Assembly (NCBI GenBank): GCA_951406725.2
Contig: OX597827.1
Location: 29,698,001 to 29,762,000, forward strand
DNA: 64,000 nucleotides
From: Octopus vulgaris
Taxonomy: Eukaryota
Direction: 5' to 3'
Shown piece by piece: positions 54,091 to 64,000 of the stretch. Positions within the stretch are counted from its first letter, which is position 1. Each line of letters starts with the position of its first letter. A program made the translations under genes and the position numbers. The notes below the pieces were generated by a model. It searched no databases, had not been told where the DNA came from, and was given only the letters and a program-made list of their open reading frames with translations.

Positions 54091-57000
54091 GATGGATGGT
54101 TGACTAAAAACAATCTTCTATGGGCTCTAGGACAAATCGGAGTTAAATCAGGAACAAAAAACAGGTGCAATCCTTGTAGGAGTAGGCAACAGCAGACAAA
54201 ATCTGAGAGAGTTTGGGCTGAGCCGAATCACAATCCAAGATTGAAAGCAGACGGTGCAACGAGTCGGGAACCCTTCCTAATTGTCTGAAGCAGCTTTAGG
54301 ATAAGGGATAGTATGTCCAACTTTAGAATATTGATATGCATGTAAAATGTTCCACACGATTAAATATCATTTGACGTGCCATTTAGTACTTCAATAATTG
54401 CATCTGTGTGAATAATGTGTTTATGTGCGAGAAGGCACATGTTTTTGTCTATCGTTAATTTAGATTATTATTTTTTTCTTTTTTTTCTCACGTTTTTCCC
54501 TTTTAAAGTATTTCTTTTTAAAGTAAATTATACGTTGGAAGGAGGGCTGAGGGTTTGTTTTTATTGTAAATTCTCTTTTCTCCCAACACAGAGAAAGAAA
54601 GGGATTTTTCGTTGGTGCCACCGATATAATTCAGACACGGGGAAAGACATCTCGGTGTCATCGTCAACTTGAATGTTTCTAATTGTAGCGATAGTAGTAA
54701 CAGCAGTAAATTCTGATAGCAGCAGTAGCAATAGCTCATAAAGTGAGATGAAGAACGATCGGTCAAAGAGAGTACAAATTGTCCGCAATAGTGTTGATGG
54801 AATTTGCGAACAGTGACCTTGACTTTGAGAAAAATCAAAGGAGGGGTCGACTATAAACAGTACTTGTGAATAGAGTCATGTACGAGCAGGGCGAAACTAT
54901 AAATAGTATTTTTTCTTTTTTTTTTTTCTTCTTATTCTCCACGTGTTTAATAATGTGATTGCAATAAAAGGTATGTCTGCATATTTCGGGTAGTCAAGAA
55001 GAAAATAAAGGTTAGCTGGTGTTTATGTCCATACTTTTAACTGTCATGATTGTATCAAATGTCCGCAGATAAATACCTTTAGATTAAGAGAAGTATTCAC
55101 AATGAGCCCCACTTGCTTCTTATTGCTACGAGATTTACAAAACTTTTAGTTTATGAAGCTAAAGTTGTTTTTACAGTAACGCAAAAAACTATATTGGTCT
55201 AACCGTAATATGTTTTAAAATAAGTATATACAACTCACTCACCCGTTCAGAAACCTGGAGAACCGTCATACAACTTCATGATCAAAATATGTTTTGCTAC
55301 TGAAGAATAAAAGTATTGATGGTTTCAGTATAGACTTGTACAGTATTGCACATATATTTTAAATAGTTTTTAAAGTGTATATATACGTTAATCCAAGCAT
55401 TTATAAGTTTGACCAGTTGTTTTCAACGGCCATCATCATCATAAATTCCTCGTAGTGAACTTTATGTTACCTATTTGATAAAAGTGATATCATAAGAAAA
55501 TATTGGAAAATACTTTGTAAATGACAATAAAGACACAGCACTTTACTGATTGGCCGGATATAAACATTAAAATCAACTGGATTTTTAAAACCAGCAGGAA
55601 GTTCAGACACATGCTATATCGTAAAAACTCGTTACTATTGAAATACTATCGTGTTGGCATGCCATTCAATGAATGACTTCCTGCAACAAACTTCAAGCAA
55701 AGAAAAAGCAAAGTTTATCTGTAATATAAAAAAAAATATTTATATCGTATTTCCAGTTTAGCGTTCACATTTTTTGTTGCATCTTTCCCTGGTGCATACC
55801 CTGCGACAAAATACATCCGTTAAGTAAATATGTGTGTGTGCGTGTACATACATATACACATATATATGTGTATATATGTATATATATATTCATATATATA
55901 CATATATACATATAGATACATATATACATATACATTTATATACATATATATATGCATGTGTATAAATATATATGTACACATACATACACACGCAAGCACA
56001 CACACACATAGCGTTATATAAGTACAATGTCGAAGGCACCCATACACAGACAGACACACGTCGATTAGATGGATGTTTGGATGAAAGGCGGAATTTGAAC
56101 TCAGAACATAAAGACAGACGAAATACCCCTAAGCATTTCGCCCAGCGTGCTAACGTTTCTTATTTCTTTATTGCCCACAAGGAGCTAAACATAGAGGGGA
56201 CAAACAAGGACAGACAAAAGAATTAAGTCGATTATATCAATCCCAGTGCGTAACTGGTACTTAATTAATCGACCCCAAAAGGATGAAAGGCAAAGTCGAC
56301 TTCGACGGAATTTGAATTCAGAACGTAAAGACAGACGAAACACCTATTTCGTTACTGCCCACAAGGGGCTAAACACAGAGAGGACAAACAAGGACAGACT
56401 TAGGTATTAAGTCGATTATATCGACCCAAGTGCGTAACTGGTACTTATTTAATCGACCCCGAAAGGATGAAAGGCAAAGTCGACCTCAGCGGAATTTGAA
56501 CTCACAACATAACGGCAGACGAAATACCGCTAAGCATTTCGCCCAGCGTGCTAACTTTTCTGCCAGCTCGCCGCTTTACAGATATCGTACAAGACAGAAA
56601 ACACACGAATATGCACGTGGTCTCCTGACTTGCTAGAAACAGCAGGCAAACACTATCATACTGTTTATAATTAAGGTGACGTTAGTGATGTAGTGCGGTT
56701 TGTAGAGAACATTTTGATGGCACGGAGCGGCCATTTCCTAAACGTTTGTTAGCAGTAGTTGAAAATGTGCTGCGTTTAAAGAAAGGTGCATCCGAAACGC
56801 ACGCTGCACCACGGGACCAGGCCAGCAATTTTGAAGTGAGTGTTTAAGTTGATACTACCAATTTCAGTATTTGACTGGTATTATATTTATATCGACCCAT
56901 GAGGGATAAAAAGCACATTTCACCTCGGCAGGATTTGAACTCAGGACGTAAAGACTGAGAAAGGATGAACCAAAGCATTTTTTACCCTCTACCGTTTCCG

Positions 57001-57481
57001 CCAGTCCCGTCACCTTACACATCAAAATGGGGCATGATAATATATAGCCTTGCTTGCTGAGAATAAGACAGGATGGTCATGTTTGGAATGTATTTGTTTA
57101 TAGGTTTTTTCGATCAATGAATGCCCAACTGAGGTAAAAAAAAAAGTCGATAAAAATATATATGGTCATCCGAATTGCTAGAAATCGCAGCGAAATCAGC
57201 CTCGAATCACAAGCTCGCCTCTCAAATAAGGAAAAAAACTCATTAGAAAATACTGTCGTACATATTCCTAAAAGGACGTGATGGCCACAGATGGAATCAT
57301 AGGTGGAATGCCTTTAATAAGCGCAGGAGTAGCTGTGTGGTTAGAAGCTTGCTTCCAAACCACATGGCTTGTAGTTCAGACCCTCAACGTGGCACCTTGG
57401 GCAAGTGTCTTCTATTGTAGCATTGGGCCGACCAAAGCCTTGTACGTGGATGTTGTAGACGGAAACTGAAAGAAGCCCGTC

Positions 57482-57519
<38 letters not shown>

Positions 57520-57579
57520 GCACTTGTGAATCGTTGGCGATTGTCTTCCTCCATCTTCCTTTCTATTGGACTTTCCCCT

Positions 57580-57616
57580 GTTTACGAAGAAGAGCGTCTG
57601 CTCGAAACGTTAAACC
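57580..57616 (+). ncRNA. Minimal hammerhead-like motif, same family as 6349
   Basis: gttt-ACGAAGAA-GAGC-GTCT-GCTC-GAAACGTT-aaac. Confidence 0.5.
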
Positions 57617-57969
57617 ATCTTTCTTTCCTCTCCTGAGCGTCTGCTAATACATTACATGTACCACGTCCTCACGTTGTTGTTTTTTTGCGGTTTGTTCTTT
57701 TTGGAGTTACTATATGTGTGTGTGTGTGTATGTAGAGAGAGAGAGAGAGAGAGAGAAATAATTGTATAGGGTATATTCATACATAAGGGCACATAAGCTA
57801 TTATGCTTATATGCCTTTGTGACCTTAAGTACAATTGTACCCTGTACGATTATATATCTCTATAAATGTATTTTACCCAAAGGGTCTTTGTATGCTGGCC
57901 ACTAATAAATTCATTAATTTTAATGATTTTATCCTCTAATTATGTTATATATATATATATGTATATATA

Positions 57970-58722
57970 TACATAAAGGGTGAAATATAATTAATTTAAT
58001 AAAATTAATAAATTTCACCTAGTAGTTTTTTCGGTATGGAAATGACAATATTCGGTAAGAATTATATTAATTATAATAAAGGGTTAATTGCAACAAGTTG
58101 CTCAAAACCACATACCGAAAATATTAGAAATAGCAGCCAAATAGGTCACTATTACTACTACTAGAAAAAATAAGTCTCCACAAACAAACAGAATGTGTAA
58201 CCCGTATATGGTAAAGAGGAAGAAGACAACGAAATCCCAGCCTATTGGATTAATTATGGACGAATTCGTTTCTGGATTAGAATCGAAAGTTCATTTCCTT
58301 GTCAACATAATATTTCCTATAAATCTAGAAATGCTAGGAAAAAAATCACCCATTACATCAACTCGATCAGGCGACATCGAACGATCTAACGGTCTGCCAG
58401 CATCCCCACATTTATATAGACAGGCGAATTCGTATCTCCCTCCAAAATCACCACGTAAGTTACAAAAACAGTACCACCGAAACGAAGTTTCGTAGATTCA
58501 TTGTATGGGAGTAATAGTATTCAATACACATAAAGGGTGAAATATAATTAATTTAATAAAATTAATAAATTTCACCTAGTAGTTTTTTCGGTATGGAAAT
58601 GACCATTAATCCAATAGGCTGGGATTTCTTCTTCCTCTTTACCATATACGGGTTACAAATTCTGTTTGTTTGTGGAGACTTGTTTTTTCTAGTAGTAGTA
58701 ATAGTGATCTATTTGGCTGCTA
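57970..58722 (-). mobile_element. Non-coding PLE-like element: partial tandem (78-bp direct repeats at ~57970 and ~58527, unit ~557 nt) plus inverted arm 58605-58722
   Basis: acataaagggtgaaatataattaatttaataaaattaataaatttcacctagtagttttttcggtatggaaatgac occurs twice; 58130-58255 is the reverse complement of 58605-58722. Confidence 0.82.
58254..58310 (-). ncRNA. Decayed type I hammerhead ribozyme
   Basis: uuaug-UUGACAA-GGA...UCCa-GAAAC-GAAUUC-GUC-cauaa; palindromic stem III. Confidence 0.6.
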
Positions 58723-59022
58723 TGTATATATATATATATTTGTGTGTCTGTGCTTGTCTTCCCACCATCTCTTCACAACCGACGTCCCCATAACTTAGCG
58801 TTTCAGCAAAAGATACAGATAGAATAATTACTAGGCTTAGAAAAAATAAGTCCTGTGGTTTGGAGGGGGGGGGGCGATTTGTTCGACTAAAAGTGGTGCT
58901 CCAACATGGCCGCAGTCGAATGACCGAAACAAGTAAAAGAATAAAACAGTAAAACACTCCTATCCTTGCGTCGTTTCGATTGATCTGAGACCCTAAGCAA
59001 CCACCACTGCTACGACGACGAC

Positions 59023-59058
<36 letters not shown>

Positions 59059-59162
59059 GCGCACACATACATACATACATACATACATACATATGTGTAT
59101 GTGTGTGTGTTTGTAGCTGTATATATATATATATACATATACATATACATACATATATATAT

Positions 59163-59698
59163 ATAGAATGGTTGTATACTGTCAATCTAACAAGAACGTG
59201 ACAGTAGGGGGTACACCACCGTTGTATAGCCCTAGGAGGCATCGAACGCCTCCTGACACCTTCGACACATTTTTTCCCTGTGTCCTTATATACATATACG
59301 AAGGGGAGACAAACACCCCCAACCGCCGGAACTGCATCTAGGGACACCGTGTTTCAGGATCATTGTCCTTCATCGGCCTAGAGTAGCAGACACCGGTCGG
59401 CTGGTGATATCTGTCTGGACTTCGTATCTGTATATATATAAACTCAGTGAAGTCTATTCACTGATTATCAAACACCCCCGGCAGTTGGGGGTGTTTGTCT
59501 CCCCTTCGTATATGTATATAAGGACACAGGGAAAAAATGTGTCGAAGCTGTCAGGAGGTGTTCGATGCCTCCTAGGGCTATACAACGGTGGTGTACCCCC
59601 TACTGTCACGTTCTTGTTAGATTGACAGTATACAACCATTCTATCGCCTCACCACCGTACATCTCTCTACGAGAGATTTAGAAATTCAATATTTCTTA
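59163..59698 (+). mobile_element. Fold-back element: arms 59163-59328 / 59478-59644, HHR in the spacer, short tail
   Basis: ~165-bp inverted repeat; homologous to 45084-45440; (TA)n flanks. Confidence 0.9.
59332..59389 (-). ncRNA. Type I hammerhead ribozyme (CCGAUGA core variant)
   Basis: cugc-uac-ucuagg-CCGAUGA-AGGA-caauga-UCCU-GAAACA-CGG-UGUC-ccuaga-u-gcag; all stems pair and stem I has an internal loop. Confidence 0.88.
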
Positions 59699-59726
59699 TA
59701 TATATATATATATATATATATATAGC

Positions 59727-59778
<52 letters not shown>

Positions 59779-59836
59779 GCTACATATATATATATATATA
59801 TATATATATAGCTACATATATATATATATATATAGC

Positions 59837-59868
<32 letters not shown>

Positions 59869-59874
59869 GCTACA

Positions 59875-60482
59875 TACTTTGATACTTTGATAGGTTCCGG
59901 CCATTATTGGCCCAGGCCATGTCTAACTTAATAGCACCACCTGGTGAAGTCTTTCAAGTCAGAATTTGGGCACTATGGCCCACTCAAGTAGAGAGTTATT
60001 GTTTACAGAGACATATCCGGGTGTAGGGGGTTTATCCGGGATTTCTTGAAGGAATCTGTCCAAAGACTTCTTGAACCCTATAGGGTCAGTTTCTGTTTTA
60101 ATGTGTTTTGGTGTAATGTTAAAGAGAGCGGGGCCAATTGAAGTGAAATAATTGTGCCGTATTGTTGTTATGAGATGAGAGTGCGATTTTTGTTTTGGGC
60201 GGATGGCACGGGGCCCAAGCCTTGGATGTACCTTAAAGGTGATGCCAACATCATTTGGGCAATGCTGATGGAATATTTTCCACATCATGCAGATGATGTA
60301 GCGCTCACGACGACGTTGGAGAGAATAGAGTTTTAGCTTTTCTAGTCGACCCCAATAGTCGAGGCCTGTCATGCCATCTATCTTTTTTGTGATTGCCCTT
60401 TGAGGTGCTTCAACTTTTATGATACCTTGTATTGTGTGGGGAGACCACAGTGGACAACATTATTCAAGGTGGGGTCGGGCAA
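59875..60482 (-). mobile_element. CR1/L2-group LINE 3' fragment with (TATCAAAG)n tail
   Basis: RPHLE.CCPLWSP...GLDYWGRLEKLKLYSLQRRRERY...GPALFN...FKKSLDRFLQEIPDKP. Confidence 0.85.
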
Positions 60483-60523
60483 ATATATATATATTTGAAG
60501 GACAACATATATATATATATAGC

Positions 60524-60648
<125 letters not shown>

Positions 60649-60667
60649 CTACATATATATATATAGC

Positions 60668-60756
<89 letters not shown>

Positions 60757-60860
60757 CATATATGTATATATATATATATAGCTACATATATGTGTGTGCG
60801 TGGCTACATGAATATCTCTTAGATTCTAGAACCAGCATTTTTGCTAGTAGCAAAATCAGC

Positions 60861-60929
<69 letters not shown>

Positions 60930-61396
60930 TATGCTGTCACGTTGACAGGACTTAAATATACACCCGCGGAATACAGGCAACAATTAAAACCTTAACCATA
61001 AAATTATCGAAATTAATTACTGCAATTATTCATTATGCATGCGTTTTGCAGTGATTGTCAACGAGACGCCGACTGGTATTTGTTTTGAGGAAGCAGAACT
61101 AAATGTCGCTCGGTGAAGTTTTTCACTTAACATCTGAGACGAATTAGTGTGGTCTGTGTGTGTGTGTGTGGTCATATGTTCTGATTTAATGGGATTGATA
61201 CAGAGGAGCAGGACGGGGAAAAAGTGTGTATGTATGTGTATGTGTGCGTTTGTGTATAAGCAGGTTGGTAGAGGCGACGTGATTACAGGTATGTAATGTG
61301 TGTAAGAGAAAGAGATTAATTGGGAGGGAGAAAGAAGGTCAGAGAGATAATAAGAAAGTGTATGTATGTATGTATATATGTATATATATATATGTA

Positions 61397-61496
<100 letters not shown>

Positions 61497-62039
61497 GAAT
61501 TTGACACTTTGTTTAAATGGAAAAGAAAACACACTATCCCATCAAAAATAAAGTGTTTTAAAATATCAGAAAATATCAACTACATTATTGATCGAAAATT
61601 ATGAGGGCGGCGAACTGTCAGAAACCTTAGCACGCCAGGCGAAATGCGTAGCCGTATTTCGTCTGCCGTTATGTTCTGAGTTCAAATTCCACCGATGTTG
61701 ACTTCGCCTTTCATCCTTTTGGGGTCGATTAAATAAGTACCAGTTACGCACTGGGTCGATATAATCGACTTAATCCGTTTGTCTGTCCTTGTTTGTCCCC
61801 TCTATATTTAGCCCCTTGTGGGTAGTAAAGAAATAAGAAACGTTAACGCACCGCGCAAAATGCTTTACGATGTTTGGTCCGCCCTTACGTTCTGAGTTCG
61901 AATTCCACCAAGACAGCTTTGCCTTTCATCTTTTCGGGATCGATAAATTAAGTACCAGTTAAGTACTGGGGTCGATGTAATCGACTAGTCCCTTCGCTAC
62001 AAATTTCAGGGCTTGTGCCCTATAGTACGAATGATTATT

Positions 62040-62390
62040 GATGGTAAATTACGGCTTACTCAAAGTAGCCGCCCTCAGCTTACACCACGGCCTCAAGATG
62101 AACCCGGTGTATGGTGCATGTGAATCTCATTGTGTCTAAGAAGATCTTCAAACACTTTCCTAATCTTGGCTTCCACTTCGGCCTTTATGTTTAGGCAGAG
62201 CGGTTGTTGAGTCTTTCTCAACCATGATCCATGCATAGTAATCCGTGAGATTACAATCAGGGGCATTAGGAAGCCAGAAAATGGGGCTGGTGAAATTGTA
62301 TAAATTTTCCAGTGACCACTTCTGATTCTTATCGGACGTATGACAAGGAGCCGAATCCTACTGCCACACATACGGCCTTCCAGCAGCGGA
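62040..62390 (-). mobile_element. Tc1/mariner-superfamily (maT-like) transposase C-terminal fragment
   Basis: Minus strand GRPYVWQ*DSAPCHTS...FWLPNAPDCNLTDYYAW. Confidence 0.75.
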
Positions 62391-63686
62391 AGGTGGAATT
62401 TGAACTCAGAACGTAACGTCAGACGAAATATCGGTAAGAATTTCACCCGACGTGCTAACGTTTCTTATTTCTTTATAGCCCACAAGAGGCTAAACATAGA
62501 GGGGACAAACAAAGACAGACAAACAGATTAAGTCGATTACATCGACCCCAGTGCGTTACTGGTACTTAATTTATCGACCCCGAAAGGATGAAAGACAAAG
62601 TCGACATCGGCGGTATTTGAACTCAGAACGTAAAGGCAGACGAAATACCTATTTCTTTACTACCCACAAGGGGCTAAACACAGGTGGAACAAACAAGGAC
62701 AGACAAACGAATTAAGTCGATTATATCGACCCCAGTGCGTTACTGGTACTTATTTAATCTACCCCGAAAGGATGAAAGCCAAAGTCGACCTCGGCGGAAT
62801 TTGAACTCAGAGCATAACGACAGATGAAATACCGCTAAGAACTTCGCTCGACGCGCTAACTTATCTGCCAGCTCACCACCTTATGAATATAAAGAATATT
62901 GTGGGTAAACAAATCGTCACAAATTACAAAAAGTTTCTAAAACACAGAGAAAAGCAAAAAAGAATATCATGTAATAATTAACTGTAAATTGTTGACAACA
63001 TACTTCTTTAATATGGATGTCTAAATATACCTATATGTATGTGTATAAGTACATCTTTATACAGCTGTGTGTATGAATATATGTGCATGTATCTATGTAT
63101 ATAGGTTAATAAGTAGAGCGAGAGAGGGGGGAGAGAGGTTATATTCTCAAAGGTTGTTTATTATACCCCTTGAATGTCAAGCCCAACCCTGACCAAAATC
63201 AGTGTTTACTTATCAAGCTTATCAAGCCATGGACACATAATGGTTCACTTGTCGTCAATGCATTTACCTTAATAGTCATTACTCGAGGTGTTGTGTTACA
63301 AGAAAGTAATGATTAGTTGATTGTACCTGCTGTCAGTTTTTCACACTTTAATTGTAAATCACGAAATGTTCTGAAGGAATTCCACATTTCTTTTCTTAAA
63401 TTGGGTTAGTAGAAGACGATAGACCTCTAAGATGACCTATAAGTGTATGCAACATTAATCTTTATTAATCACTGAAGGTATTGAATATGATTTTAATCAC
63501 TTCACTACTGCAGAATGTTGTTTTATATATGACATAAAGCTGGTGTTCAACTGTGGTTTTATAGCGTTAAGCAAATGAGAATTAAATGTTACTCTGAATA
63601 AGATAGACAACTGTCCTTCTCCGGTTACATTCCCTAATTGTCTGGTAAGTGTCATTAGACGCTTATCTGATCTCACATACGGAGAT

Positions 63687-63776
63687 TTAATGAACAAGAT
63701 ATGACTTTGCTGTAGGCTTGAACTCAAAGCTTTTGAGCTGATCGTCCAATATCATACCGACTCGCCTATCTCGCTT
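63687..63776 (-). CDS. Candidate terminal coding exon of an unidentified host gene (KRDRRVGMILDDQLKSFEFKPTAKSYLVH*)
   Basis: tttttcAG acceptor, 29 codons plus TAA, then non-repetitive UTR-like sequence with AATAAA; no homology recognised. Confidence 0.25.
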   Translation of the reverse strand, partial: KRDRRVGMILDDQLKSFEFKPTAKSYLVH

Positions 63777-64000
63777 CTGAAAAATCAGCTTGAACCTCTC
63801 ATTACATTTATTTCCTATCTTTTACTGTTACAGAAATAATTAACTAATACCAAAACGAACCAATGAGGCAGTCTCTATACGGTTCCTTGTCCTGCTAGGA
63901 ATGGCAACCAAACCTTCAAAGCGATCCCCCACCAAACAAAACAAAAAAAAAATACACCCTACTGTCTTAAAAGAACATATTGGCAGGTATAGCTGAATAA

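Larger units (their letters stand above)
50027..54287 (-). mobile_element. Near-full-length CR1-type LINE with (TAAC)n tail
   Basis: 5' UTR, ORF1, intact ORF2, short 3' UTR and tetranucleotide tail; near-identical truncated copy at 15405. Confidence 0.95.

Noticed and set aside
54290-55820. 1.5-kb microsatellite-free AT-rich block, possible DNA transposon or exon
   Set aside because: No convincing TIR/TSD, splice pattern or recognisable protein motif.

Overview
Repeat-dominated, AT-rich animal (eukaryotic) DNA. The SINE families and the very dense (TA)n/(CA)n/(TAGA)n/(TATG)n microsatellites resemble octopus (coleoid cephalopod) genomes; this is an inference, no database search was run. No secure host gene is present, only one weak candidate terminal exon near 63.7 kb. 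Most ORFs in the supplied track are microsatellite artefacts. Real coding remnants are all transposon-derived: a near-full-length CR1-type LINE with an intact 960-codon ORF2 (50.0-54.3 kb, minus) and a truncated sister copy; a full-length Tx1/L1-clade LINE with a 16-bp TSD (25.3-30.6 kb, minus); two Penelope-like elements (RT and/or GIY-YIG); R4/Dong, RTE and CR1/L2-group fragments; mariner/Tc1 fossils; MITEs; two non-autonomous Helitrons; and four tRNA-derived SINE families. The main unexplained signal is a set of small non-coding fold-back elements sitting inside (TA)n tracts. They share one layout (inverted arm, short spacer, sense arm, structured 3' tail) and most carry type I hammerhead ribozyme (HHR) motifs; about 14 intact or decayed HHRs were read by eye in 64 kb. 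They copy the terminal architecture of the coding Penelope at 2.8-5.9 kb, unrelated families share conserved tail motifs, and in three cases the sense arm starts just downstream of the predicted cleavage site. This looks like a Penelope-mobilised, microsatellite-targeted, retrozyme-like system. All coordinates and folds were read manually and are approximate.
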